64,000 nt of DNA from an uncultured Gammaproteobacteria bacterium (GTDB taxonomy: Bacteria > Pseudomonadota > Gammaproteobacteria > CAWCPV01). How positions within the stretch are numbered: position 1 is the first letter of the stretch; each line of letters starts with the position of its first letter. Shown in pieces: positions 1 through 10,065 of this stretch. The translations under genes were made by a program, and so were the position numbers. The notes under the pieces were generated by a model that saw only the letters and a program-made list of their open reading frames with translations, was not told the origin of the DNA and did no database searches. The stretch covers positions 160,001 to 224,000 of the forward strand of contig CAWCPV010000004.1 in assembly GCA_963797555.1 (NCBI GenBank), given 5' to 3'.

Positions 1-132
1 GCGAGGCGCCGAGTTGGGTATCCCGCTCCAGTTTATCAATTTCCGCGATTAGTCCGATTAGTCCCGTACCCCAGACGAGAGAAGGGCGCCCGTTGCGTTC
101 GGTTTCTCGTCGTTCTCGAGGAGGAGGATGCC

Positions 133-864
133 ATGATGGCAAAGTCGTTCCTGTTGCTGCTCTCGCTCGGACTCACGCTTCCGGGGGCCTACGCTGCCGA
201 CGATGTGGGGCGGATCAAGGCCGCGCTGCAGCGTCTGGTTCCCCACGGGGAGCCGGACAGCATTACCCCCTCGCCCATTCCCGGCCTCTACCAAGTCGTG
301 TATGGAACCACCCTGGTGTATGTCACCGGCGATGGGCACTACCTTCTGCAGGGAGACTTGGTAGACTTGCAGCAGCGCAAGAACCTGACCGAGCACGCGC
401 GCGCCGCGACACGGCTGGCCGCGCTCAAGGATCTGGATCAGCGCAATCTGATCGTGTTCGCGCCGGAGCACCCCAAGCACACCGTCACGGTCTTTACGGA
501 CGTCGACTGTACGTACTGCCGCAAATTCCACAGCGAGATCGCCGAGTACAACAAGCTGGGCATCGCGGTCCGCTATGCCGCGTTCCCCCGCACCGGGATC
601 GGTTCACCTTCCTACGACAAGGCCGTTTCGGTGTGGTGTGCGACAGACCGTAAGGCAGCCATCACCGAAGCCAAGGCAGGCAAAGAGGTGGAGCAGAGGA
701 CCTGCGACAACCCGGTCAAGGACGAGTATCTGTTGGGTCAGCGTCTCGGGGTGAGCGGCACGCCCACCATCATTCTCGAAGATGGGAGCGAGCTGCCGGG
801 GTATGTTCCGCCGTTGCGGCTGAGTCAGCTGCTCGACCGCGCGGAGGCGCAGCCGCACCCATAA
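133..864 (+). CDS. dsbC: Thiol:disulfide interchange protein DsbC
   Basis: Signal peptide, N-terminal dimerisation region, FTDVDCTYCRK (CxxC) motif, GVSGTP cis-Pro motif. Confidence 0.93.
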   Translation: MMAKSFLLLLSLGLTLPGAYAADDVGRIKAALQRLVPHGEPDSITPSPIPGLYQVVYGTTLVYVTGDGHYLLQGDLVDLQQRKNLTEHARAATRLAALKDLDQRNLIVFAPEHPKHTVTVFTDVDCTYCRKFHSEIAEYNKLGIAVRYAAFPRTGIGSPSYDKAVSVWCATDRKAAITEAKAGKEVEQRTCDNPVKDEYLLGQRLGVSGTPTIILEDGSELPGYVPPLRLSQLLDRAEAQPHP

Positions 865-962
865 CTCGATCTGCCCCGGGCGGCGGGGCAACCTCCGTTG
901 GCACTGTGGGCGGACAGGTGTATGCTTGGGACCGTCCTCTGGATGACGCGAGCAAGGTGCCG

Positions 963-2072
963 ATGAGTCAAGCCGCGTGGCTGCCCCGCATCCGATTCCA
1001 AGCCCTGCTGGACGTGCTGCGCGCTGCGGGATATCGCTGCATCGGTCCGCAGGTCCGCGACGATACCATCGTCTATGATGCTCTGGACACTGTCCAGCAG
1101 CTTCCCACGGGTGTGCGGGACGCGCAGCGCCCCGGTGCGTACCGCCTGGAGGCGGCCGCGACTTCCCGCTCCTTCGCGTGGGCGAATGGCCCCCAGGCGC
1201 TCAAGCCACTGACCTTCGCTGGCCGTGAGGGGTTGTGGCGCGCGCAGCGTTCCGACGGGGTGGCGGTGCACTTCCAGGCGGTGGAGCCGCAGGTGGAGCG
1301 GCTGGCCGTCATCGGAGTCCGCGCCTGCGACCTGGCGGCTCTCGCGATCCAGGAAATGCACTTCCTTCGGGGAGCATTTCCCGATCCTTACTTCAAGGCG
1401 CGACGCGAACGCCTGTTCCTGGTGGCGGTGGACTGCACGCATCCCGCGCAGACGTGCTTTTGCGCCTCCACCGGCGACGGTCCACGGGCCGAGCGCGGCT
1501 TCGATCTGGCGCTCGGTGAGCTGGACGACGGGTTCATCGTCCGCGCCGGGAGCGACGAGGGAGAGCGCGTCCTGGGCGAGCTACCGGTGGAGGAGACCTC
1601 GGAACCCCAGTGCCAGGCTGCAGACGCTGCCGTCCAGGAGGCGGCCCGCATGCAGGTGCGCGGCCTTCCGTCGCGCAACCTCCGGGACCTCCTGTTCGCA
1701 AACCTCGATCACCCGCGCTGGAATGACGTGGCCGGCAGGTGCCTGTCCTGCGGCAACTGCACCTCCGTGTGTCCCACCTGCTTCTGCCACAGCGAAGCCG
1801 AGCAGCCCAGTCTGGACGGTCGGCACACCGAGCACTACCGCCAGTGGGACTCCTGTTTCACGTCGGGCCACAGCTACTTCTCCGGGGTCGTGGTGCGGTC
1901 GGATACGCGGCTGCGCTACCGTCAGTGGCTCACCCACAAGCTCGGGAGCTGGCACGACCAGTACGGCCGCAGCGGCTGTGTCGGCTGCGGTCGGTGCATT
2001 ACCTGGTGTCCGGTGGGTATCGACATCACCCGGGAGGCGGCGGCGATCTATGCCGGGGGCGCCGATGGCTAA
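963..2072 (+). CDS. hydB: Group 3b [NiFe]-hydrogenase (sulfhydrogenase) beta subunit, 4Fe-4S protein
   Basis: [22 protein letters not shown] and [16 protein letters not shown] motifs of the HydB/AsrA family; ATG at 963 within ORF 906..2072. Confidence 0.9.
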   Translation: MSQAAWLPRIRFQALLDVLRAAGYRCIGPQVRDDTIVYDALDTVQQLPTGVRDAQRPGAYRLEAAATSRSFAWANGPQALKPLTFAGREGLWRAQRSDGVAVHFQAVEPQVERLAVIGVRACDLAALAIQEMHFLRGAFPDPYFKARRERLFLVAVDCTHPAQTCFCASTGDGPRAERGFDLALGELDDGFIVRAGSDEGERVLGELPVEETSEPQCQAADAAVQEAARMQVRGLPSRNLRDLLFANLDHPRWNDVAGRCLSCGNCTSVCPTCFCHSEAEQPSLDGRHTEHYRQWDSCFTSGHSYFSGVVVRSDTRLRYRQWLTHKLGSWHDQYGRSGCVGCGRCITWCPVGIDITREAAAIYAGGADG

Positions 2073-2898
2073 TCCGTACCTGCCCTACGAAGCGGAGGTG
2101 GTGGATCGAGTGCAGGAATCCGCCTCGGCGTTCACCTTGCGCCTGCGTTTCACCGATCCCGAGGTTCACAACGCTTACCGCTTCCAGCCCGGGCAATTCA
2201 ACATGCTGTATCTGTATGGGGTGGGTGAGGTGCCCATCTCCATCGTGTCGGATCCCGAGGACGAGCAGATCCTCGATCACACCATCCGCGCCCTGGGGCG
2301 GGTCACCAATGGACTGAGCGGCCTGCGTGTCGGCGACCACCTCGGAGTCCGCGGCCCATTCGGGCGGGGCTGGCCGTTGGAGGAGTCCGAGGGCCGCGAC
2401 GTTGTGGTGGTCACCGGGGGGCTGGGATGTGCCCCGGTAGTGTCGGTGATCAACTACCTGGTGAAGCGGCGCCAGCGGTTCGGAGCGCTCACCATCCTGC
2501 AAGGCGTCAAGCACACCGCCGACATGATCTGGAGGGAGCGATACGAGCGGTGGGCGCGGCTGCCTCGCACCCAGGTGCTGCTGGCCGCCGACGTGGGCGG
2601 TCCCGGGTGGTCGTGGCACGTGGGGCCGGTGACCGTGCTGTTCGACCGGATGGATCAGAGCCCGGCCCACAGCATCGTCATGATGTGCGGCCCCGAGGCC
2701 ATGATGCGCGCCGCCTCTCAGGATCTCATCCGGCGCGGAGTCTCCGAAGAAGCGCTTTGGCTGACTCTGGAGCGCAACATGCAATGCGGTGTGGGTCACT
2801 GTGGTCACTGCCAGATCGGCGGCCACTTCGTGTGCAAGGACGGCCCGGTGTTCCATTACCCCGAGATCAAGCCGCTGTTCGGTGTGCGAGGGTTCTGA
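2065..2898 (+). CDS. hydG: Sulfhydrogenase gamma subunit (FAD/NAD(P)-binding, 2Fe-2S)
   Basis: PGQFNML, RGPFGRGW, GGLGCAP, CGPEAMM and ERNMQCGVGHCGHC motifs; ATG 2065 overlaps the upstream stop. Confidence 0.9.
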   Translation: MANPYLPYEAEVVDRVQESASAFTLRLRFTDPEVHNAYRFQPGQFNMLYLYGVGEVPISIVSDPEDEQILDHTIRALGRVTNGLSGLRVGDHLGVRGPFGRGWPLEESEGRDVVVVTGGLGCAPVVSVINYLVKRRQRFGALTILQGVKHTADMIWRERYERWARLPRTQVLLAADVGGPGWSWHVGPVTVLFDRMDQSPAHSIVMMCGPEAMMRAASQDLIRRGVSEEALWLTLERNMQCGVGHCGHCQIGGHFVCKDGPVFHYPEIKPLFGVRGF

Positions 2899-2899
2899 G

Positions 2900-3682
2900 A
2901 TGACCAAGCCCAAGGTGGCGGTCCACAAGTTCAGCTCTTGCGACGGCTGCCAGCTCGCCTTCCTGAACCTGGGCGAGGACCTGCTGGCGCTGACCGAGCT
3001 GGTGGACATCGTGCACTTTGCCGAGGCCGGAGCCGTCGACTCCGAGGCCGCGGTGGACATCGCCTTCGTGGAAGGCAGCATCTCCACCGCCGAGGAGCAG
3101 GAGCGCATTCAGGCGGTTAGACAGAACAGCCGCTACCTCGTGACCATAGGCGCCTGCGCCACCGCCGGAGGCCTGCAGGCGCTGCGCAACCTGGCCGATG
3201 CCCAGGACTGGGTGCGCTCGGTCTATGCCCACCCCGATCACATTCGGAGCCTGGCGACCGCCACCCCCATCGCCCGTCATGTGCGCGTCGACCTGGAGCT
3301 GTGGGGCTGTCCCGTGAACAGCCGCCAAGTGCTGGCGGCGACCCGTTCGTTGCCGTTCGGGGTGAGGCCCGTGGATGAGGCGGACAAGGTGTGCATGGAG
3401 TGCAAACGTAGCGGCGCGGTCTGCGTGCTGGTCACCCGCGGCGTACCGTGCATGGGGCCGGTCACGCGCACCGGTTGCGGTGCCCTGTGCCCGCGCTTCG
3501 GACGGGACTGTTACGCTTGCTATGGGCCCGCGGAGAACGTCAATACCCCCTCGCTCGCGCGCCGTTTCCAGGGTCTGGGCTTACCGCCCGATGCAGTCGC
3601 TCGGCGTTTCCTGTTCATCAACAATAACGCGCCGGCATTCTTGGAAGAAGGTCGGCGCTGGAGGGGGCTGGCCGATGGCTGA
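2900..3682 (+). CDS. hydD: Sulfhydrogenase delta (small) subunit
   Basis: KFSSCDGCQ, FVEGS, IGACATAGG and WGCP motifs; C-terminal Cys-rich region. Confidence 0.9.
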   Translation: MTKPKVAVHKFSSCDGCQLAFLNLGEDLLALTELVDIVHFAEAGAVDSEAAVDIAFVEGSISTAEEQERIQAVRQNSRYLVTIGACATAGGLQALRNLADAQDWVRSVYAHPDHIRSLATATPIARHVRVDLELWGCPVNSRQVLAATRSLPFGVRPVDEADKVCMECKRSGAVCVLVTRGVPCMGPVTRTGCGALCPRFGRDCYACYGPAENVNTPSLARRFQGLGLPPDAVARRFLFINNNAPAFLEEGRRWRGLADG

Positions 3683-4985
3683 GCCAGTGGGGCGGGAGCA
3701 CGAGATGGCCATCAAGGTCCCAGTGCTCGCCCGGGTCGAGGGAGAGGGCGCGCTCGAGCTGTACATCAAGGGCGAGCGCATCGAAGACCTGAAGCTGCGC
3801 ATCTACGAACCTCCACGCCTGTTCGAGAAGTTCCTGGAGGGGCGCGATTACTTCGAGGTGGCCGACATGGTGGCCCGTATCTGCGGGATCTGCCCGGTGG
3901 CCTACCAGATGTGCGCCGTGCACGCCCTGGAATCTATCTTCGGCGTGCAGCCCGGGCACTGGGTACGCGACATGCGCCGTCTCTTTTACTGCGGCGAATG
4001 GATCGAGAGCCACGCCCTGCACATCCACTTGCTGGCAGCGCCGGATTTTCTCGGCTACGGCAGTGCGCCGCAGATGGCCCTTGACCACCCCGAGGAAGTC
4101 AAACGTGGGCTGCGGCTGCAGGGGCTGGGGAACGACATCATTCGCCTGCTAGGAGCGCGCTCGGTGCATCCCGTGGGGGCGCGGGTGGGGGGCTTTCACC
4201 GGGCGCCGTCAGAGCACCAGGTCGCAGCGCTGCTGACCCGTCTGCAGGCGGCGCTCCCCGAGGCCGAGGCGCTGGTGGCCTGGACCGCTTCGCTGCCGTT
4301 ACCGGATGACGACCAGCAGTTCGTCAGCGTGGCGCTGCGGGATCCGGACGAATACCCGCTCAACGAGGGTCGGCTGGTCTCCAGCGACGGACTGGACATC
4401 GACATTGCCGAATACCAAGAGCATTTCGATGAGCAGCACGTCCCCCACTCCACGGCGCTGCATTCGCGCTTACACGGAGGCCCCTATCTGGTGGGGCCTC
4501 TGGCGCGGCTCAACCTGAACAGGGACCGCTTGCCTGCGCCCGTGCACACGGTGTTGGAGCGCACCGGCCTGCGGTTTCCCAGCCGCAACATGTTTCACAG
4601 CATCGTCGCCCGTGCAGTAGAGACTTACTACGCCCTGCTGGAGGCCATCCGGCTGCTGGAAGCCTACGGCGTGCCCGACTCCCCTTATGTGCCGGTCCTG
4701 CCGAGGGCCGGCGTCGGATTCGGATGCACCGAAGCTCCGCGCGGCATCCTCTGGCACCGCTATGAAGTGGATGGCGCCGGCCGCGTGGTCCAGGCGCAGA
4801 TCGTACCGCCCACCAGCCAGAATCAGGCGCGCATGGAAGAGGACCTGCGCCTGTCCCTGCAGTCCTTTGGACTGGGACGCAGCGAGCAGGAGTTGCGCCT
4901 GCGGGGAGAAACGGTGATTCGCAACTACGACCCCTGTATCTCCTGCGCTACGCACTTCCTGAAGCTGCACGTGCACCGGTCGTGA
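3675..4985 (+). CDS. hydA: Group 3b [NiFe]-hydrogenase large (alpha) subunit
   Basis: ARVEGEG, L1 motif RICGICP, L2 motif DPCISCATH followed by a cleavable C-terminal tail. Confidence 0.93.
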   Translation: MAEPVGREHEMAIKVPVLARVEGEGALELYIKGERIEDLKLRIYEPPRLFEKFLEGRDYFEVADMVARICGICPVAYQMCAVHALESIFGVQPGHWVRDMRRLFYCGEWIESHALHIHLLAAPDFLGYGSAPQMALDHPEEVKRGLRLQGLGNDIIRLLGARSVHPVGARVGGFHRAPSEHQVAALLTRLQAALPEAEALVAWTASLPLPDDDQQFVSVALRDPDEYPLNEGRLVSSDGLDIDIAEYQEHFDEQHVPHSTALHSRLHGGPYLVGPLARLNLNRDRLPAPVHTVLERTGLRFPSRNMFHSIVARAVETYYALLEAIRLLEAYGVPDSPYVPVLPRAGVGFGCTEAPRGILWHRYEVDGAGRVVQAQIVPPTSQNQARMEEDLRLSLQSFGLGRSEQELRLRGETVIRNYDPCISCATHFLKLHVHRS

Positions 4986-5500
4986 GACCGTTACGCGTCC
5001 TCGGCATCGGCTCGCCTTTCGGAGACGATCAGGTGGGCTGGCGCGTGGCCGAGGCGCTGCTGAGGTTTCCAGTTTTCGCCGAGGGTGCGCTAGCCCGGGC
5101 ATCGGTCGCGCTTTGCGACCGCCCCGGTGCGCGGCTGCTGGCCCTAGCCGAGGGGGCCGAGCTGCTGGTCTTGGTCGACGCCGTCCAGTCGGGGGCCCGC
5201 CCGGGGACCGTGCACCGTTTGGACGGCGATGCCGTCGCGGTCGGCGACTCATTGCTGTCGGCGCACGGCTTCGGCGTGGCGTCGGCGCTGGCGCTGGGGC
5301 GCGCCCTCGGTGTGCTGTCGGGTCGGGTGGTGCTGTACGGTGTGGAGATCGGCGTAGACTCGCTGCTCCTGGACGCTCCGCTGACCCCCGTGGTGGAGCA
5401 GGCCGTGCCCCGCGCTGCGGAACGGATAGCTTTCGAGCTTTGCACCTATCTCGGAGCTCCTGCCCCGGACCGGCGCGTCTACGGAGCCTGCCTGCAGTGA
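4982..5500 (+). CDS. Hydrogenase maturation endopeptidase
   Basis: VLGIGSPFGDDQVG, VLVDAV and SAHGFG motifs; GTGA-coupled to the large subunit. Confidence 0.9.
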   Translation: MRPLRVLGIGSPFGDDQVGWRVAEALLRFPVFAEGALARASVALCDRPGARLLALAEGAELLVLVDAVQSGARPGTVHRLDGDAVAVGDSLLSAHGFGVASALALGRALGVLSGRVVLYGVEIGVDSLLLDAPLTPVVEQAVPRAAERIAFELCTYLGAPAPDRRVYGACLQ

Positions 5501-5511
5501 AGGCCGAGTGA

Positions 5512-6174
5512 TTAGGCCGCTGCCTCGCGCAGCAGTCGTTCTACCTCGCGCAGCAGGGCGCGCCGCTGCCACAGGAGCTTCAGCCGGGACCCGCCGTGCT
5601 GGCGCCACAGGATGGCCGAGCGCAGTCCGGCCAAGAGCAAGGCTCGCACCCGGTTTACGTTCTCCGGCTTGGACAGGTGGCCGTGGGAACCATACACCAT
5701 GATGCGCGGTCGCAGGGTGCCGGCGGTCTCGCTGTAAATGCCCGCCAGGCTCGCCGCCACGCTTGGATGGCTGGTGGAGAAATAGCGGGCCTGGGCCTCT
5801 GCGTGATCCAGGCGCTGGCGGATGAGATCCAGAAGGTCGCGTCGCCGCCACAGGCGGCGCTCGTGGTTGAGGATGGCGACCGCGTAGCGCGTCAGATGGA
5901 TGTCCCGCGGCTGGCCGTGCGGGGCGAGCTGGCGCTGCAACGCCCGAAGCCCCAGGGCGACGCCCCCCGAGCTGCCGTATATCGCCGCGGTGCTCTCGGG
6001 ACTGCGCACGAAGACGCTGTGGAGGCTCGCCGCGAACGCCGCGTCCTCGGCCGTCCCCTCGCGTGCCAACTGCTGGATCAGGCGGGCCGCTTGGAAGACG
6101 CCGCCCAGGGCCAGTGCTTGGTCACGCAGAGACCCGCCTTCCTCGGAAGGTGCGTGCGATGACCCCTCCACCAA
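5512..6174 (-). CDS. hflD: High-frequency lysogenization protein HflD (start uncertain)
   Basis: ALALGGVFQAA, LRPRIMVYG and RALLLAGLRSAILWRQHGG motifs; downstream of mnmA as usual. Confidence 0.92.
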   Translation of the reverse strand: MVEGSSHAPSEEGGSLRDQALALGGVFQAARLIQQLAREGTAEDAAFAASLHSVFVRSPESTAAIYGSSGGVALGLRALQRQLAPHGQPRDIHLTRYAVAILNHERRLWRRRDLLDLIRQRLDHAEAQARYFSTSHPSVAASLAGIYSETAGTLRPRIMVYGSHGHLSKPENVNRVRALLLAGLRSAILWRQHGGSRLKLLWQRRALLREVERLLREAAA

Positions 6175-7264
6175 TGCATTCCTCGCCGAGATAGAAGACC
6201 ACCGACTGCCCGGGCGTGACGGCCCGCTGTGGTTCGGTGAAGCTCACCCGGCAGCGGTCTGCCTGGACCCAGGAGATGCTGCAGGGCTGGTCGGGCTGGC
6301 GGTAACGGGTCTTTGCGGTGCAGCTCAGGGGCGCCGGCGGCCTTCGTCCGCTGACCCAGTTGAGCTGTTCGGCTTCAAGGGCAACGCTGTAGAGCAGCGG
6401 ATGATCGGCTTCCTGGGCGACCACCAGGGTGTTGCTCGCGATGTCCTTGTCCACGACGTACCACGGTCGCCCGTTGGCGCCGCGCCGACCTCCGATGCCG
6501 AGACCTTCCCGCTGACCCAAGGTGTAGAACATGGCCCCCTGGTGAGACCCTACCCGCGTGCCGTCCACCGCCCGCGTCTCGCCCGGCTGCTCGGGGAGGT
6601 ACCGCGCCAAGAACTCGCGGAAGTTGCGCTCCCCGATGAAGCAGATGCCCGTGCTGCCCTTTTTGGCGTAATTCCTCAGGCCGGCGGCCCGCGCTATCTG
6701 CCGGACCTCGCTCTTGCACAGCTCGCCCAGAGGGAACAGCACCCGCGCCAACTGCGCCTGGCCCAGCGCGTACAGGAAATAGCTCTGGTCCTTAGTGCCG
6801 TCCCTGCCCTTGAGCAGACGCAGCCGTTCCCCCTGCCGGTGTAGCCGTGCGTAGTGACCCGTGGCGACGAAGTCCGCCCCCTGGGACACGGCGTGCTCCA
6901 AGAGTTCGCCGAATTTGATCTCGCGGTTGCAGAGGATGTCCGGGTTCGGCGTGCGGCCCGCCCGGTGCTCTTCCAGGAAGTGGCAAAACACGCGGGTGCG
7001 GTATGCCTGGGCGAAGCTGATACGCTGCAGCGGCATCTCCAACGTCTCGCACACCGCACGGGCGTCCTTGAGATCCTGGGCGGCGGCGCAGATGCCATCC
7101 ACATCGTCGTCCTCCCAGTTCTTCATGAACAGCCCCCGGGTGTCGTGGCCGGCTCGGCGGAGCAGCAGGGCTGCGACTGCGGAGTCGACTCCCCCGGACA
7201 GTCCGATCACGACCTTGGTGCGCTGCGCGGAGGGCGCCGGCTGCACACGCACGGCCTCAGTCAC
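6122..7264 (-). CDS. mnmA: tRNA 2-thiouridylase MnmA
   Basis: SGGVDS, TPNPDILCN, ATGHY, KDQSYFL and PQRAVTPGQS motifs; GTG at 7264 overlaps the nudJ stop. Confidence 0.96.
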   Translation of the reverse strand: MTEAVRVQPAPSAQRTKVVIGLSGGVDSAVAALLLRRAGHDTRGLFMKNWEDDDVDGICAAAQDLKDARAVCETLEMPLQRISFAQAYRTRVFCHFLEEHRAGRTPNPDILCNREIKFGELLEHAVSQGADFVATGHYARLHRQGERLRLLKGRDGTKDQSYFLYALGQAQLARVLFPLGELCKSEVRQIARAAGLRNYAKKGSTGICFIGERNFREFLARYLPEQPGETRAVDGTRVGSHQGAMFYTLGQREGLGIGGRRGANGRPWYVVDKDIASNTLVVAQEADHPLLYSVALEAEQLNWVSGRRPPAPLSCTAKTRYRQPDQPCSISWVQADRCRVSFTEPQRAVTPGQSVVFYLGEECIGGGVIARTFRGRRVSA

Positions 7265-7716
7265 GCCGGGGACGACCCCAGATGGATGAGCATGGACAGG
7301 GGGTAGCGTCGTCCAGCCAAGTAATCGTCGACGGCCCTCAAGACCATCGGGCTGCGCAGCTCGCGCGATCGGGCGAGCATCTCGGTGCGGCTCAGCCAAA
7401 GCACCTGCCGCACGCCAGCATCCAGGGGGCGGTCCTCCCGAGCCACGCAGTGCCCACAGAAGGCCACCCGAAAATAGGTGATTCCGCTCCCGGGATGGGT
7501 CCAGAGGTAGAAGCCGGTAACGGCTTCCGGCGCGAAGCGCCACGCAGTCTCCTCGAGCGCTTCGCGCTGCACCGCCTGCAGCAGTGTCTCGCCCGCGTCC
7601 AGGTGCCCCGCCGGCTGATTCAGCACCGTGTCACCGCCGATCTCCTCCTCGACGATGAGGAACCGGCCGTCGCGCTCCGCGATGGCGGCCACGGTGATAT
7701 GGGGTGTCCAGATCAT
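7261..7716 (-). CDS. nudJ: NUDIX hydrolase NudJ/YmfB
   Basis: [16 protein letters not shown]...REALEETAW Nudix box, LRSPMV; conserved position upstream of mnmA. Confidence 0.88.
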   Translation of the reverse strand: MIWTPHITVAAIAERDGRFLIVEEEIGGDTVLNQPAGHLDAGETLLQAVQREALEETAWRFAPEAVTGFYLWTHPGSGITYFRVAFCGHCVAREDRPLDAGVRQVLWLSRTEMLARSRELRSPMVLRAVDDYLAGRRYPLSMLIHLGSSPA

Positions 7717-8284
7717 CGCTAGACTTTATCACATCGGCCGCGTCGGCCCCCAGGACGCGCCATTGCCCCGGCGCGAGGCCGTTGAGCGTCCAGGGACCAA
7801 CCCGCCAGCGTATCAGGCGCAGCGTCGGGTGACCCACGGCTGCGGTCATCCGCCGGACTTGGCGGTTGCGTCCCTCGCTCAGCGTGATCTCGATCCAGGC
7901 CGTTGGAATGGCGCCGCGGAACCGGACCGGTGGGTTCCTTGGCCATAGTGTGGGCGGTTGGACAGGGCGTGCACGTGCGGGTGCCGTGCGGCCGTCCCGC
8001 AGCTCGATGCCCGTTTCCAGGCATCTCACCGCGCTGCGCCCGGGTACACCCTCTACTTGCACCCAGTAGCTCTTCGCGAGCTTCGCGCAAGGGTCGCAGA
8101 TACGCCGCTGCAGCCGCCCGTCGTCGGTGAGGACGAGCAGTCCCTCGCTGTCCGCGTCGAGGCGGCCGGCGGCGTAAACGCCCGGCACCGGGATATACTG
8201 AGCCAGCGTGGGTCGGCCCTCCTTGCCCGTGAACTGGCTGAGCACGCCGTAAGGCTTGTTGAACAGGAGGATCTTCCCCAGCAC
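7631..8284 (-). CDS. rluE: 23S rRNA pseudouridine synthase RluE (3' end overlaps nudJ; real stop may be earlier)
   Basis: [23 protein letters not shown] and [12 protein letters not shown] motifs; divergent from icd. Confidence 0.9.
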   Translation of the reverse strand: MLGKILLFNKPYGVLSQFTGKEGRPTLAQYIPVPGVYAAGRLDADSEGLLVLTDDGRLQRRICDPCAKLAKSYWVQVEGVPGRSAVRCLETGIELRDGRTAPARARPVQPPTLWPRNPPVRFRGAIPTAWIEITLSEGRNRQVRRMTAAVGHPTLRLIRWRVGPWTLNGLAPGQWRVLGADAADVIKSSDDLDTPYHRGRHRGARRPVPHRRGGDRR

Positions 8285-8327
8285 CTGCGGTATCCTAGGG
8301 GCGTCTCGCCTGTGAGTGAAGACTTCC

Positions 8328-9587
8328 ATGCACTTTGACAAGATCGCTGTTCCCGTCGAAGGTTCCCGGGTCACGGTGAATCGCGACAATTCGCTCAACG
8401 TTCCGGCGCGTCCCATTATCCCGGTCATCGAAGGCGACGGGACCGGAGTGGACATCACACCGGTGATGCGCCGGGTGGTAGATGCGGCGGTGGAGCGGGC
8501 CTACCGGGGGGGGCGCGCGATCGCCTGGATGGAGATCTTCGCCGGGGAGAAGGCCAACCGCGTCTACGGGGGCGACGTGTGGTTGCCGGAGGAGACGCTC
8601 GCCGCCATCCGCGAGTTCGCCGTCGCCATCAAGGGGCCGCTGACCACGCCGGTAGGCGGGGGCCTGCGGTCGCTCAACGTCACTCTGCGCCAACTGTTGG
8701 ACCTGTATGTGTGTCTCAGGCCCGTGCGCTATTTTCCCGGGGTGCCAAGCCCCCTGAAGAGTCCGGAGAAGACCAATATGGTCATCTTCCGCGAGAACTC
8801 GGAGGACATCTACGCGGGCATCGAGTGGCCGGCTGAGTCCGCCGACGTCGCGCGGGTCATCGAGTTCCTCCAGGGGGTGATGGGCGTCACTAAGATCCGT
8901 TTTCCCGCGACCTCCGCCATCGGCATCAAACCGGTCTCCCGGGAAGGGAGCCAGCGCCTGATCCGCAGGGCCATCCGATATACCATCGACCAGGACCGCT
9001 CCTCCGTGACGCTGGTGCACAAGGGAAACATCATGAAGTTCACCGAGGGAGGGTTCAAGGGCTGGGGCTATGATCTCGCCAGGGAGGAGTTCGCGGCCGA
9101 GGATCTGGACGGGGGGCCATGGTGTCATCTGAAGAACCCACGGACAGGACGCGACATCGTGATCAAGGACGTGATCGCCGACGCCTTCTTGCAGCAAATC
9201 CTCCTGCGCCCCGAGGACTACAGCGTCATCGCGACGCTCAACCTGAACGGCGACTATATCTCCGACGCCCTCGCCGCGCAGGTGGGTGGAATCGGTATGG
9301 CGCCCGGCGCGAACCTCTCGGATCAGGTCGCGGTGTTCGAGGCCACCCACGGCACGGCGCCCAAGTATGCTGGTCAGGATAAGGTGAATCCGGGCTCCCT
9401 CATCCTGTCGGCCGAGATGATGCTCCGCCACCTGGGGTGGGACGAGTCGGCGGACCTGATCATCACGGGCCTTGGGGGGGCCATCGCCGCGAAGACGGTG
9501 ACCTATGACCTGGCGCGACTCATGCCAGGCGCGCGGGAAGTGAGCTGCTCCGGATTCGGCCAAGCGGTGATCGAGCACATGGGATAG
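8328..9587 (+). CDS. icd: NADP-dependent isocitrate dehydrogenase
   Basis: [36 protein letters not shown] and [10 protein letters not shown] motifs. Confidence 0.97.
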   Translation: MHFDKIAVPVEGSRVTVNRDNSLNVPARPIIPVIEGDGTGVDITPVMRRVVDAAVERAYRGGRAIAWMEIFAGEKANRVYGGDVWLPEETLAAIREFAVAIKGPLTTPVGGGLRSLNVTLRQLLDLYVCLRPVRYFPGVPSPLKSPEKTNMVIFRENSEDIYAGIEWPAESADVARVIEFLQGVMGVTKIRFPATSAIGIKPVSREGSQRLIRRAIRYTIDQDRSSVTLVHKGNIMKFTEGGFKGWGYDLAREEFAAEDLDGGPWCHLKNPRTGRDIVIKDVIADAFLQQILLRPEDYSVIATLNLNGDYISDALAAQVGGIGMAPGANLSDQVAVFEATHGTAPKYAGQDKVNPGSLILSAEMMLRHLGWDESADLIITGLGGAIAAKTVTYDLARLMPGAREVSCSGFGQAVIEHMG

Positions 9588-9622
9588 GCCGTGGCCCTTG
9601 CACTTTGGGCTCTTCATGCGTC

Positions 9623-9631
9623 TGTTATAAT
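9623..9631 (+). promoter_or_regulatory. Extended -10 sigma70 promoter (TGTTATAAT) upstream of clpS
   Basis: Perfect TGnTATAAT in a GC-rich background, ending 8 nt before the clpS ATG. Confidence 0.6.
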
Positions 9632-9639
9632 TAGGGCCG

Positions 9640-9960
9640 ATGAGCGAGGGTGCGAAGCGGCAGCACGACGAAGGAGTAGTTGTCCAGGAGGCGAAGCCGG
9701 AGGTCAAGCCGCCGCCTCTGTACAAGGTCATCCTTGTGAACGACGACTACACGCCCATGGAATTCGTCGTGTATGTCCTCGAGCGCTTCTTCTCGATGGG
9801 GCGGGAGAAGGCTACACAGATCATGCTCCACGTCCACACCCGGGGCATGGGGGTATGCGGCGTGTACACCAGGGAGATCGCCGAGACCAAGGTCGCCCAG
9901 GTCAACGAGTTTTCCCGGCAGCAGCAGCATCCCCTGCTGTGTACCATGGAGGAGGCCTGA
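9640..9960 (+). CDS. clpS: ATP-dependent Clp protease adaptor ClpS
   Basis: [20 protein letters not shown]...EIAETKV...HPLLCTME. Confidence 0.97.
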   Translation: MSEGAKRQHDEGVVVQEAKPEVKPPPLYKVILVNDDYTPMEFVVYVLERFFSMGREKATQIMLHVHTRGMGVCGVYTREIAETKVAQVNEFSRQQQHPLLCTMEEA

Positions 9961-10065
9961 TCTCGGGCAGGACGCCCGAAGGGACTGGGGTTGGCAGTAT
10001 CGGGGATCGCCAGGGGATAGCGCCCCGCTGCGGGCAGCGGGTTCACTGCAGATGAGGTTCCCACC

